64,000 bases of DNA, from positions 4,224,001 to 4,288,000 of the forward strand of contig OZ252100.1 in the NCBI GenBank assembly GCA_965248435.1, given 5' to 3'. Both the position numbers and the translations under genes were made by a program. The notes beneath the pieces were generated by a model. The model saw only the letters and a program-made list of their open reading frames with translations, was not told where the DNA came from and searched no databases. This DNA is from Candidatus Latescibacterota bacterium. GTDB taxonomy: Bacteria > Latescibacterota > UBA2968 > GCA-2709665. The number at the start of each line of letters is the position of its first letter. Position 1 is the stretch's first letter. Of the stretch, positions 8,601 to 17,931 are shown piece after piece.

Positions 8601-10813
8601 TTCCATCCAAGCAGATCAACGTGGTCGATATCTTTATCTCAATGGATGCAGACAAGTTCGAGGCCGTAGACCAGGATGCGAGCATTGCCGGCATCCAGCC
8701 TTTCTCTTTGGGCGACGCTTCAGGAATCAATGCCGGTAACGTCCAGCAGTCCGCAATCGTGCAAGGGGACAAGGTGCTCCTTGACTTCATCTACACAGAT
8801 GTGACAAACGGTCTGACCTTCTTCAACGCCGAGGAGCCACTTGCCTTTGCTAATGTTCGGACCAAGATCGTCCCAGATAGCGCAACTGTAAGTACCAGTA
8901 TTACCCTCGACAACAGCGGCAATCGAATAACTAAGATGCTGGACTCAGTGAATGTAAACGTCTCGGCGTTTGTGCCACAGCCGACATCTGTGATATTGAA
9001 CCGTCGCACGCAAATATCCGGGAAGGTGCCGCTCCAGGGACGGACAAGCTCCGCAGACCTGGTCACCTTCATGTTGCGTCCAGTCGGGAGTTATGAGAGT
9101 CTTCCGGATTCGCTTTTCGAGTTAAACGATGTTGACCCGATTAGATTCGGCGTTCAGGTGATATCAACCGATTTTGACGGCAAGTTCACACTCGTAAATG
9201 TCCCCTCAGGGATTTTTGTACTGAGTGCGGCCGTTCAGCGGCACCTTTCCGGACACGACACGATCTACGTGAGGCCTGGGCTGGACATTACGGATCTGCT
9301 ACCGACTCGCGATGGGGACGGCGTTCAGCGAGTCGCTCTGCTGGCTGGCGACGCGGCAGGGTTCGAGGACAGTACCGGAGCGAGTCTTCCAGACAACGCA
9401 ATCGGAAACCCGGACGTCAACGCAATAAACGCCGCCATCTTTTCGCAGCCTGGCGATACGAACTTTGACGCGTTCGCCGACATCAACAGAGATAACATTG
9501 TGAACGCGACGGACAAAGACTTCGCGACTGCCAATCAGACCGATAATACGGGTACGGTCGGCAGAATTCGACCCGTCTTCCCCGTTTTCAAGGGCGCCGG
9601 ACGGACCACAGACAATCGGGAGGCCATTGTTACCCTGGCGGACCTCCCCAACAGGGAAATCCGGGCAGGAGAAGCGTTCGACGTCACCGTCCAGGTGAGC
9701 GGTGCCAGGGCAGTACGAACCTACGAAGTCCACCTTGGATTCGACTCGACCAAGGTCGCAGTGGAGGGACTCTCATCCCACGGGTCGTTCCTTGGCAACT
9801 ATCTGTCGGACATGGTCGTAAGGGTGTTCGACGGAGAGGTCGGACTCGCCAACTCCATCATCGGCCTTACGCCTGTTGGCGCGTCCGGGGAAGGAACGCT
9901 TGGGACCATTCGGTTCCGTGCGCTCAAGCGCTCGACGGAAACACACCTGAAGTTGAACAGTGCGGTGCTGATAGATGTAGATCACGTGGGCGTCAGCCCG
10001 AAGGTGAATGGGGAGGCCACGATCGTCTTCTCCAAAGATCCGATCGTCTACCACGACGCTGAAGGGAAAGAGATCCGAGGGCTCATTATACCAGAAGTAG
10101 ATCCCAAGGTCGATTTCAACGATTTCATGGTTTTGGTGGAGGCTTTTGGATCGAACGTCGGAAGTTCTGCTTTTGATGTGCGCGCAGACCTGAACGCAGA
10201 TGATCGCGTGGACTTCAGTGATTTCCTGATCTTCACCTTCGACTTCGGCAAGATCGCTGTGGACGCACCCGCGTCGGCTCGTCTCCATAAGCCGCCGGCG
10301 CCTGCTGGCGTGAATGGGGCCGCCAGGATGTCTTTGAAGCTGGAGGAGGGATCGAAAGACGGCCAGCTGGTGAGATTGACCGCGGGACTGTCGCGCGCCC
10401 GAGCACTTCAGGGCTGGGGACTCACATTGAGATATGACCCCAGCAGATTCGAGTTCCTCGAGGCCGTTCGGCCGGAGGAGGATTTGCTGGAGGTTGCGGG
10501 AGCCAGCGCGCCCCTGTTGCTCGTCCACCAGGAAGGGGCTGGGGAAGTCACGCTCGCGGGTGCCATCAGCAGGGGAACGGCTGCATCGGGAACCGGTGAC
10601 CTGGCCGTTCTGATCTTCCGATCTCGTGCTGCCTCAACCCAGGATGCGAGGTTTGAGCTTTATGAGGGAGTCCTGTTCGATCCCGACCACCTGCCCAATC
10701 TGGCCCATGCCGCTCAGAAACTGGAAATACAGCAAGCTTTGATACAACAGACGCGATCAGGCCGCTTCATACGGAGCATGAATCTAGAGTCCGGAATTTT
10801 TTCTTCGCCTTGA
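5681..10813 (+). CDS. Large secreted protein with Ca-binding Dx[DN]xDG motifs, cohesin-like domains and dockerin/EF-hand-like pairs (copy 1, intact)
   Basis: Signal peptide ending VSA|Q; ADINRDNIVNATD; VDFNDF...ADLNADDRVDFSDF; cohesin-like AGEAFDVTVQV...LGFDSTKV and LQGWGLTLRYDPSRFEF. Confidence 0.8.
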   Translation: MNPRRLHWLLAFLLALGFSRGVSAQVINLFPDEVPNGLQAGSGKRFHQRFDVQLTSNPGQSSRGLTITLPSELVFVPLSVTATSTNAAVSTYFCCNPTGQTLAFGWTNAVALGGETITIEFDLTTPTNFTGVAEGAREDTSYIFDFSADANQTDTDVPVSKFQNRPIRAISFAAPDSATGDTTSAGGRFFKLAFPSSLPDYSHTGLAGQSVSATFTDNQTDVIYSFYVSTDSSLIARTLEMAPLQFFNLRADETTGSSPLLGTRQNPRVVPSTFIRENFTTIFSSVTADSITGMVSLSGTSDNSVYYVYVLADPGPGTIPSNRQFGGSAKKGFDQTTLGAFTGGVFLGRSGPLLVQHPPEFVVVGWDYDDDTGDDFDNTGVIQVPSDIIGMVAIDANRKDNRNITLDSGAFFEKGAAFVSLNSGLTPSPTTFVELLWLAQDDDNPSDFEMRIFLSTTGGLTVADLVGTGLDSLSNSIVVAGSDTLSIENRKILFVALERDSLTNLVTSFTPRGDYFVYFAATDGNDDHRILTQVSNDPFIASPTASVLSVRHAPNLSVDNFSLNDFDGTGDGDLDVITGIDVSQMFIDADGKDLNLGPAQRAITVSWGEPGLPGDSDIDDDATIEVYFSTRSDFQDVRGSIEYTSGNSNGDDLLATISQGNSDTHRIGQTREDPDGQFDNQLTWDLWSYVSPEGTVPRTGVRYFFFARMIGGTTTRLISLTRFGALDVTGTPMAASILHPPFIRPIEPARDIAVTMDEPVLISWQAVDVDNQEADGLVAVPANTSGRISPNSDTASPNIRVLLTSVDWGVVTTWGSITDFTAATGNVDRFWVGNSGDGSLVEEIELNEGVDSSFVLLGNRMRNNLFSTITGTTTPLSTGSLELQTNQGAGETYFVYLAIDDGRDGTVADAVVGGTSNTRNFGAFSPLVRAPGTITFTGIVPTNPPTTTRFIVPSRMQTIMGEVIQYPIIPDVSIPSKQINVVDIFISMDADKFEAVDQDASIAGIQPFSLGDASGINAGNVQQSAIVQGDKVLLDFIYTDVTNGLTFFNAEEPLAFANVRTKIVPDSATVSTSITLDNSGNRITKMLDSVNVNVSAFVPQPTSVILNRRTQISGKVPLQGRTSSADLVTFMLRPVGSYESLPDSLFELNDVDPIRFGVQVISTDFDGKFTLVNVPSGIFVLSAAVQRHLSGHDTIYVRPGLDITDLLPTRDGDGVQRVALLAGDAAGFEDSTGASLPDNAIGNPDVNAINAAIFSQPGDTNFDAFADINRDNIVNATDKDFATANQTDNTGTVGRIRPVFPVFKGAGRTTDNREAIVTLADLPNREIRAGEAFDVTVQVSGARAVRTYEVHLGFDSTKVAVEGLSSHGSFLGNYLSDMVVRVFDGEVGLANSIIGLTPVGASGEGTLGTIRFRALKRSTETHLKLNSAVLIDVDHVGVSPKVNGEATIVFSKDPIVYHDAEGKEIRGLIIPEVDPKVDFNDFMVLVEAFGSNVGSSAFDVRADLNADDRVDFSDFLIFTFDFGKIAVDAPASARLHKPPAPAGVNGAARMSLKLEEGSKDGQLVRLTAGLSRARALQGWGLTLRYDPSRFEFLEAVRPEEDLLEVAGASAPLLLVHQEGAGEVTLAGAISRGTAASGTGDLAVLIFRSRAASTQDARFELYEGVLFDPDHLPNLAHAAQKLEIQQALIQQTRSGRFIRSMNLESGIFSSP

Positions 10814-10840
10814 GAAGTTAACGCAAACGGCAGGCCGAAT

Positions 10841-10878
10841 GAAAAACGCCCCCGGGAGAGATCCCAGGGGCGTTTTTC
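10841..10878. terminator. Bidirectional intrinsic terminator
   Basis: GAAAAACGCCCC...GGGGCGTTTTTC between convergent genes. Confidence 0.85.
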
Positions 10879-10926
10879 GTAACCTCACGGCCACGCGGAC
10901 ATCTCCGCGCAGGATTCAGACAGACG

Positions 10927-11790
10927 TCACCGGTCGAATTTTTTTTCGAGGACGCTCTGAACTTCGTATATCGTCCCGCGTCGCACGGCGGGTGGGAGCG
11001 GCATTCGGACCGGGACTGCCGCGACTCTTGGCTGGATGGTCGCCTTTCCACGAACGACTCCCTCCGTGTATCCCTCCCAGGTCTCTATCCTTCCTGTGAT
11101 CGGCCAAAGTGGCCAGGCGTCTGTTGCACAATACTGATACAGCAGAAGACGACGAGATTTGGAGGAGGTGTTCGGAGCTGAAGCGTGAAGCAAGCGAACG
11201 TGATGTATGGAAATTCCCCCCGCCTTGAGTTCGATCGGGACTGCCCCGCTTGACGAGAAGTCAGGTTCCGTCACCGCTCCTGCAAAGAAGCCGTCCAGAT
11301 GGTGGTCATAAATGCGTTCCTTGTGCGATTCGGGCAGCACCAGCAGACATCCGTTCTCTTCCGTCATGTCGTCGATCGCAATTCCGACGGCGAGCAGGTC
11401 GTCATTCGTGTGTGGATAGAAGGCCCAGTCCTGATGCCATTCCACCGGACTTCCGACGTCGGCAGACTTCATGTTGAGCTTCTGACCGTTCATGCGAAGG
11501 TCTGGGCCGATCAACTGAGAAACGATGTCGAGGATGCCGTCGTGACGCATCACACGGTCATAAAGCGGGTGATGCTTGGATGGATCCATCAGTCGACGCA
11601 GCTTCGGCTGCTCCGGAGTGTGGCCCGGTTCCAGGTCGAAGACGCCATCATTCTCGGTGACCTGGCGCGACCGCTCCACAATTTCGTCCGTAACCTTGCG
11701 CAGCTCATCAATATCTTTGCTTGACAGAACGCCTTCCACGCCTAGGTAGCCCCTGGTGTGATAGAAGTCGATTTGTTCCTGACTGAGCAT
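10927..11790 (-). CDS. Phytanoyl-CoA dioxygenase (PhyH) family Fe(II)/2OG enzyme (copy 1)
   Basis: WHQD, NGCL and HASAPNTS...RR motifs. Confidence 0.92.
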   Translation of the reverse strand: MLSQEQIDFYHTRGYLGVEGVLSSKDIDELRKVTDEIVERSRQVTENDGVFDLEPGHTPEQPKLRRLMDPSKHHPLYDRVMRHDGILDIVSQLIGPDLRMNGQKLNMKSADVGSPVEWHQDWAFYPHTNDDLLAVGIAIDDMTEENGCLLVLPESHKERIYDHHLDGFFAGAVTEPDFSSSGAVPIELKAGGISIHHVRLLHASAPNTSSKSRRLLLYQYCATDAWPLWPITGRIETWEGYTEGVVRGKATIQPRVAAVPVRMPLPPAVRRGTIYEVQSVLEKKFDR

Positions 11791-11931
11791 CCGGGATCTC
11801 CTCTAAACGATGTCGGTTCCCAACGTCGTGCAAATAAGATAAGGACCTGGATCCCTCCGATCAAGGATTTCTGAGCAGATCAAAGGATTTGTATCTCGCA
11901 TCTCGCAGCTGATGAGGAGCCTAAAGATGAA

Positions 11932-11960
11932 TTGACACAAACAGGACCAGGGATTATTAT
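11932..11960 (+). promoter_or_regulatory. Sigma70-like promoter
   Basis: TTGACA-17 bp-TATTAT; both boxes are conserved in copy 2 despite spacer changes. Confidence 0.55.
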
Positions 11961-12004
11961 TTTCGCCATAGAGACGCACTGCAAATCCGACGAGAGATGT
12001 AGAA

Positions 12005-13654
12005 ATGGCCGATCCCAAATTCGCTGATGGAAGTGCTTCCATCGATCCGAATGTGCCGGTTCAGGCCGGCAGCACGGGCTCCTGGACGATTACGTTCCGC
12101 GTGGGAGGTGAGACGATATCACCTGGTAGCGCGATCCTGATTTCTATTCCTCAGGGATTTTCCCCTCCTCAGATCGATAATCCGGAAGCTCCCGGATATG
12201 TGCGCGCACAGGCCGTCCACTCTGAAGCCTGCCTGGTTCCCAGAATCGAAGCCCAATCCGAAGATGGATTGGATCTGTACAGAGGGCAGGACAGCAGCCC
12301 CGGAGTTCTCCTCCTGGTGGAGCGAGCACCGCTCAAGCCCTCAGACAGGTTGAACGTCGTCTACGGGGCAGGTCCTGGAATGGCGTTTGTCTCTCCATAT
12401 GCGGGCCCTGCATCGTTTCAGGTCTTTGTTTGTTCTGAAGGACGAGCATTTCCGGAGCGCTTCTTTCCCATTCGGGAGTTCCCCACGATTGATGTAAAGA
12501 GCAGGGATCCGAGTCACTTTGAAGTTACGGCCCCTTCGACAGCTGAGCCGGAAACGGCTGTGGCACTCCGCGTTGTCCCTCGGGATGACCTGGGAAATCG
12601 GTGTACCGGATGGAGCGGTTGGCTCGATGTCGAATCAAATGCCCGGGGCGTTCGGGATCCCGTTCCTCGGAAGTATGATGACCCTGAAGGAGAGGGTGTC
12701 ACGGTGGACGTTGGTCTGTCCGATGTGTCTGATGGTCCCGTTCGGGTTTCTGTTCGAGAATCCGAAACCGGGCTGCGTGGCCGGAGCAACCCGATTATGA
12801 TTGGCGAACCTGGCCCTTATTGGGGTGACCTTCACGCATGTGTCCCCGAGGGCAAAGACTCACAATCTACTCTGGATTTTGAGCTCGGAGTCGGCCCCAG
12901 CCCAACTGTCCAGAAGACCTCGTTCTATTTCCAGGCTGAAGGAGCTGGAGGGCCGGGCTTCCTCAGATTCTCCCTGCCGGATACGGAGAGTGATGAAATG
13001 CAGCCTTCACACCTCCTGGAGATCTATTCGTGCTGGGGCAATCGTGAGCTCTGGGGAGGCCGCCGACCGGACATTCGCCTTGACCGTCATCCAGACCGAA
13101 CTGTTCAGGCCGTACTGGCTCAGGGGATCATTGCGGGCTTTTCTGCCGGCAGCAACAGTCGGTTCGGTTTAGCAGGTGACGCAAGGCGCGCCGAGGCCGG
13201 GCGTGGATATCCGGGAGGACTGACGGCGGTCTACGCGCCATCCCTGACGCAGAATGCGCTGTTTACCGCTTTGAGACAGAGGCGGTGCTATGTTACGACA
13301 GGTCCGCGAATCGCCCTTCAAGTCCTGGTCAATGGCCACGAAATGGGAACTCAGGTGGATGTGGGCCCCGAAGATGGTGATGTGCTTAGGGAACGACACA
13401 TCATGGCCAAGGTGCACGGTACGGCCGAGGTAGACCGGATAGAGATTGTCCGCAACAATGTCGATGTCTGCACATTCCGGGGCGATGCGGAAGACGTTAC
13501 GTTCGAATGGACCGATCAGCAGGAACTCTCGCGAATTGCGCTTCCCCGTCCTTTGCGTGGTGGCGCGCTCACCTGCTATTACTTTGTGCGTGTCACTCAG
13601 TCAGACGGTGAAATGGCCTGGTCCAGTCCGGTCTGGTTCGTTCTGAGGACTTAG
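12005..13654 (+). CDS. DUF3604/CehA-McbA-like PHP-fold protein with degenerate active site (copy 1)
   Basis: SNP...YWGDLH, EIYSCWG, GGLTAVYA, RRCYVTTGPRI, AWSSPVW. Confidence 0.75.
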   Translation: MADPKFADGSASIDPNVPVQAGSTGSWTITFRVGGETISPGSAILISIPQGFSPPQIDNPEAPGYVRAQAVHSEACLVPRIEAQSEDGLDLYRGQDSSPGVLLLVERAPLKPSDRLNVVYGAGPGMAFVSPYAGPASFQVFVCSEGRAFPERFFPIREFPTIDVKSRDPSHFEVTAPSTAEPETAVALRVVPRDDLGNRCTGWSGWLDVESNARGVRDPVPRKYDDPEGEGVTVDVGLSDVSDGPVRVSVRESETGLRGRSNPIMIGEPGPYWGDLHACVPEGKDSQSTLDFELGVGPSPTVQKTSFYFQAEGAGGPGFLRFSLPDTESDEMQPSHLLEIYSCWGNRELWGGRRPDIRLDRHPDRTVQAVLAQGIIAGFSAGSNSRFGLAGDARRAEAGRGYPGGLTAVYAPSLTQNALFTALRQRRCYVTTGPRIALQVLVNGHEMGTQVDVGPEDGDVLRERHIMAKVHGTAEVDRIEIVRNNVDVCTFRGDAEDVTFEWTDQQELSRIALPRPLRGGALTCYYFVRVTQSDGEMAWSSPVWFVLRT

Positions 13655-13738
13655 GCTCGACTGTGCTTAAGTCGTGCTACGAAGGGGTAAGAGGGATGGT
13701 AAATGCGATATAAGAGGCAGTTAGACAAGCCTTTATGG

Positions 13739-13767
13739 TTGACAAGGGTTTCTGGAACGACTAATTT
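13739..13767 (+). promoter_or_regulatory. Sigma70-like promoter
   Basis: TTGACA-17 bp-TAATTT; boxes are identical in copy 2 while the spacer differs. Confidence 0.55.
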
Positions 13768-13860
13768 TTCATAAGGAATCTACTCGAATTTCTAGACGGC
13801 CTGCAGTCTCCAATGGGCCCGCGAAAGCGGGGGGTCTGTGGGCTCGCGTGGACAGTTTTG

Positions 13861-14901
13861 ATGCCGGCATTTGTCTCCAGGTTTTCACCGAGTCGAATTG
13901 CAGGAGCGAACTTCCAGGGCCTTCGCGTCCGAGTGGATGGGCAGGAGGGTCGCGGTCGGATTGGTGCGTCGAATCGGGAAAGGAGGGCGGAGACCCGGGA
14001 CCGCGATGATGATTCCCTCGGGCGAATCAGAGGAAGAGGAGACCGTGAGGACCTTCTTGTCAGAAACCAGCTTGGCGAACTGGTTCGTTCGCGGCTCCAA
14101 GAGAGGGTTTCCGGGCAGCGAGGGGGTGCTGGGACAAGCGGTGAAGATGAAAACGACGGTGCTCAAAGGGCAGAAACGGGGTCCCGGACGAGAACGCTAC
14201 CCGGCGTCGGCACCACAAGGACCCGTGCAGATGACGAAATTGACCGGCCCGGCCGCCTGGGCACGGAGCCTGCCAATCCTGCCATCCAGAGCCAGCTAGA
14301 TCGCTTCGCCAGTTTGCGTTCCGCAGCACGCGGGAGTTCCACGCAATCTCGACAGGATGCCAGCGCTGCCGCGACATTGACCGGCCTCTTAGGCCTTCAG
14401 GCACAACGACCCTCTGGCTTAGACCAGGCACTCGATGCGCAGACGAGGGGGGCCGCTGACCGAACCGGACCGGCTCGAGGTGGAACACCGACTGGGTCGG
14501 ACGAGAGGGGTGGGGGTGGAGTCGAAACGGAACCTACAGCCGAGGAGATCAGCAGGGCGAACACGACTCCTGAGATCCGAGAGAATCTTCAATCAGAGGT
14601 TCGGGGAGTAGAGCGGGGCCTTCGGCGGGACGCTGCAGAGCAAGCTCGAGAAAACACCCGGAATACTGCAGTTGCGGCCGGTGAAGCCGCTGAGGCCCGC
14701 AGGGGGCGGGCGGTTAGCTCGAATCGGGGCGAGATTCAAGCACTTCAGTCGGGGAAACGCAAACTTGAAGCGGGGATTCGCGTGACACAGCGTGAGATCA
14801 GGAATCTGGAGAATTCGAACCGCCGTCTGCAATCAGGGGCAAATCGAGCCACCACCAGGGCGGCCGCAGCACTGGGGTCTAATGTAAATCTGGTCACGTG
14901 A
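13861..14901 (+). CDS. Low-complexity R/G/A-rich protein with C-terminal coiled coil and GSNVNLVT tail (copy 1)
   Basis: Long ORF kept open in both copies; start could be ATG 13861 or 13813. Confidence 0.7.
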   Translation: MPAFVSRFSPSRIAGANFQGLRVRVDGQEGRGRIGASNRERRAETRDRDDDSLGRIRGRGDREDLLVRNQLGELVRSRLQERVSGQRGGAGTSGEDENDGAQRAETGSRTRTLPGVGTTRTRADDEIDRPGRLGTEPANPAIQSQLDRFASLRSAARGSSTQSRQDASAAATLTGLLGLQAQRPSGLDQALDAQTRGAADRTGPARGGTPTGSDERGGGGVETEPTAEEISRANTTPEIRENLQSEVRGVERGLRRDAAEQARENTRNTAVAAGEAAEARRGRAVSSNRGEIQALQSGKRKLEAGIRVTQREIRNLENSNRRLQSGANRATTRAAAALGSNVNLVT

Positions 14902-14944
14902 ATGGGATCGTATATCGTAGGTCCATTGTAATTCAATAATGAAG

Positions 14945-14974
14945 AAGGGCGGCGCTTCACGCGCCGCCTTTTTT
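14945..14974. terminator. Intrinsic terminator between convergent genes
   Basis: GGCGGCGC/GCGCCGCC stem followed by a T6 run. Confidence 0.8.
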
Positions 14975-14999
14975 AGTAGGAGTGAAATAAGGTTCGACG

Positions 15000-16085
15000 T
15001 CAAGACCTCAACTGAAGCAGGGTCTGCTTAACCTCGTCTGAGCTCTTGGATTCGATCACGGCAACTCCCTGTTTTTCGCAGAATCCCTGGATCTGCGGGG
15101 GTGCTGACTTGGTGAAAAGGAGAGCCAAAGGGGGGTGATTCGGCGTCTTAAGCAACATCTGCAGGAAGGAGAGCCTTTCTTTCGCGTCCTCTTTGCCTCC
15201 AGGGTGAATCAGAATCACGTCGTAATTCTTGGCCTGGGCAATGGCGCCCGCGGTCGTGGACTGCGTTTTCATCTCGATGTCATCGCCGAATGAGTTTCGG
15301 AGTGTGGTCCCCGTATTGCGGTCACCAACGAAAAGGACCTGGACGGCCCTTTCATCGAGGGGATCCTTCCGAAACGCGTCGGGATTTCGGAGCCGTTCAA
15401 GCATACGTAGAAAGCGCTTATGCCGAACCACGATTTCTTCCGGATCGGATTTGGGTGTGTATGAAATATCTCCCACGGACAGGGCCTCTACGCGAAGCTC
15501 TGGTGTGGGTGCCATCTGGACGTGTATATACCCTGGATAATCGCCCTGAAGCAGTCGCGCGTAGGATTGCCTCCGATACAGGGTATAAACCAGGCCTGTT
15601 CCTTCTGGGTCCTTTTCCTCTGTGAGGGGATCCCACTCGACTTCCGCGTCGTTCAGGATTCCGGAGAGGGTATGGAGCGGGGCTTCCTCCTCTTCCGTGT
15701 CTCCGTCCAGCAGGACGCGCGTGTGGGCCGGTTCCGGGACTTCCTCGGTCATCCTCAAAGTCATGTTCTGCATACATTGCACGCGGCGGATGATTTCGTC
15801 ATCCGGCATGTCGGTAGAGACGAACTCATCCGCAATTTCCAGCAGATTGCCTCCCAGGGTCTGGGTGCTTGTCACCAGGATCTGGGGGAGCGTAGGGACC
15901 ATGCCCTCCACCTGGTGAACGAGGTCTTCTCCCGCCGCCAGATCGATCAAGACGCATCCCGTATCTGGACGCTGATTCCCCAGCTCGTCCGAGTCGATTC
16001 CTTCACCGGTGAGCAGCTGAGAAATTCTCTTCATTGCGGCGCCTTCCCGTTCACCCCCCACCCGATAGACCTGCATGTACCCCAT
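15000..16085 (-). CDS. Hypothetical protein with degenerate receiver-like domains (copy 1)
   Basis: AGGAGG RBS; segments CVLIDL, ADEFVSTDMPDDEIIRRV and YDVILIH resemble REC-domain elements. Confidence 0.7.
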   Translation of the reverse strand: MGYMQVYRVGGEREGAAMKRISQLLTGEGIDSDELGNQRPDTGCVLIDLAAGEDLVHQVEGMVPTLPQILVTSTQTLGGNLLEIADEFVSTDMPDDEIIRRVQCMQNMTLRMTEEVPEPAHTRVLLDGDTEEEEAPLHTLSGILNDAEVEWDPLTEEKDPEGTGLVYTLYRRQSYARLLQGDYPGYIHVQMAPTPELRVEALSVGDISYTPKSDPEEIVVRHKRFLRMLERLRNPDAFRKDPLDERAVQVLFVGDRNTGTTLRNSFGDDIEMKTQSTTAGAIAQAKNYDVILIHPGGKEDAKERLSFLQMLLKTPNHPPLALLFTKSAPPQIQGFCEKQGVAVIESKSSDEVKQTLLQLRS

Positions 16086-16217
16086 TTTGTGCTTCCTCCT
16101 TGAGGGGTTCGCCCATCCAAAGGAACCCTAATTCCTGGCCAGAAAATACATACGCTACAGCGCGCACGCAAGGAGAAATCACGTGATCCGGATTCGGGGC
16201 ATGGCCACTGGACCTAG

Positions 16218-17914
16218 CCTGAATAATTCATAAAAAAGGCAGTTTCCTTACCCAAGTCATTGTATTATATTGTGGTTACGCAAATAACCATAACACAATG
16301 AAACAGGAGGAAACTACCGTGGGAGTTCAAGATACACATCACAGGGTGTCTTTCGCAAGTCTTTCTGGTAAGCCGGTAGAAGCCACCTTCGACGGAGGCA
16401 TCCTGACCAGCGACAGCGGGGTGCTGCTGCTTCGTGAGGTGGAGGCCAGAACCGGGATTTTGCATAGGATGGTTGCGGCGCTCACGGATCGCCGACATCA
16501 AAGTTACGTACATCATTCGATGACGGACCTGATCAAACAACGTGTGTTTCAGATGGCCTGTGGCTATGAGGATGCGAACGATTGCAATACGTTGCGCGAG
16601 GACCCCGGCTTCAAGGCGGCCTGTGATCGGTTGCCGCTTTCCGGTGCGGATCTGGCCAGTCAGCCCACGATGAGTCGGTTCGAGAACCGGATCAGCAGAA
16701 CCGATTTGTATCGGATCGCCAAGGCCTTTGCGGATGTGTTTGTCGCCTCGTATGAGGAACCGCCCGAAGCCATTCTGTTGGATATCGATGACACGGAAGA
16801 CAAGGTGTATGGGTCTCAACAGTTGTCGTTGTTCAATGCGTATTTCAATGGCTATTGCTACCAGCCCCTGCATATCTATGAAGGCCAGACGGGCAAGTTG
16901 ATCACGACGGTCTTGCGTCCTGGCAGGCGGCCCACGGGTAAAGAGATCGTCACCATCCTCAAACGGGTGATCGCCTACCTGCGCCGCGCCTGGCCCGACG
17001 TGGCGATCCTGTTGCGCGGCGATGCGCATTTTTCTTGCCCCGAAGTTCATACGTTGTGTGAGGAAGAAGATGTGTATTTTGTCTTTGGACAAAACGGCAA
17101 CGCCAAACTGCTGCGCTCGGCACTGCCCTTGATGGACCAGGCCAAAGCGCTGTATGCCGATTCCGGAACAACCACGCGCCTTTATCACTGCTGGGACTAT
17201 CAGGCGAAAACATGGGCTTGTCCACAACGCATCATCTGCAAGGCGGAAGTCACCCCGCAAGGAGACAATATCCGATTCGTGGTCACCAACCTAAAGCGCG
17301 CCCAACCGTCATTCATCTACAAAACCGCCTATTGCGCACGCGGCAGGATGGAAAACTTCATCAAGAATCACAAGACCTTTCTCCATTCCGATCGCACCTC
17401 TTGTCACACCTTCCAGGCCAATCACTTCCGTCTCTTCCTCCACAGCGCCGCCTATGTCCTGATGCACGCCTTGGCACAAACCGGGTTGCGCGGCACGAAG
17501 TGGACGAACGCACAGTTCAATACCCTGCAAAACCGTCTCTTGAAAGTCGCCGGGCGCGTTCGTGAGTTGAAAACCAGGATCAAGTTCCATCTCCCAACGG
17601 CGTTTCCACTCAAACACCTTTACGGCAAGATCCTCTATAATCTGGCAACGGATGTTCCATAACCCATCGACGTGCCGACCCCGCCTTCACGTTTGGAGCG
17701 ACACGACCAACAGCCACGGAGACGTCTGTGCTCTTGACAGCGGAATTCAGAGCAACCTGACGCCACGGAGCAAACGTGCTGCCAGCAGGCGCCGCCGACA
17801 CGGCCTGGACACGCCAAATCCGTCTCAGCCCGTGCTCTTTCGTTTCTCGTCTCACTCGGAAGCTCTTTCTGCTTCCCTAAATTGCATTATCTGATGATTC
17901 ATGAATTAATCAGG
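16218..17914 (+). mobile_element. IS1380-family insertion sequence
   Basis: Terminal inverted repeats CCTGAATAATTCAT and ATGAATTAATCAGG (13/14 match); CTAG on both flanks (16214-16217 and 17915-17918). Confidence 0.93.
16298..17662 (+). CDS. IS1380-family DDE transposase
   Basis: TSDSG, GYEDANDC, LASQPTMSR, DIDDTED, RGDAHF, YCARGRMENFIK. Confidence 0.95.
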   Translation: MKQEETTVGVQDTHHRVSFASLSGKPVEATFDGGILTSDSGVLLLREVEARTGILHRMVAALTDRRHQSYVHHSMTDLIKQRVFQMACGYEDANDCNTLREDPGFKAACDRLPLSGADLASQPTMSRFENRISRTDLYRIAKAFADVFVASYEEPPEAILLDIDDTEDKVYGSQQLSLFNAYFNGYCYQPLHIYEGQTGKLITTVLRPGRRPTGKEIVTILKRVIAYLRRAWPDVAILLRGDAHFSCPEVHTLCEEEDVYFVFGQNGNAKLLRSALPLMDQAKALYADSGTTTRLYHCWDYQAKTWACPQRIICKAEVTPQGDNIRFVVTNLKRAQPSFIYKTAYCARGRMENFIKNHKTFLHSDRTSCHTFQANHFRLFLHSAAYVLMHALAQTGLRGTKWTNAQFNTLQNRLLKVAGRVRELKTRIKFHLPTAFPLKHLYGKILYNLATDVP

Positions 17915-17931
17915 CTAGAAAGGAGCAACAC

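Larger units (their letters stand above)
6545..16217 (+). repeat. Copy 1 of a ~9.7-kb diverged direct repeat
   Basis: Same five genes in the same order as 27521-37192; offset 20976, becoming 20975 after a 1-bp deletion in copy 2. Confidence 0.97.

Noticed and set aside
16265-17260. 331-aa minus-strand ORF
   Set aside because: Antisense shadow of the IS1380 transposase
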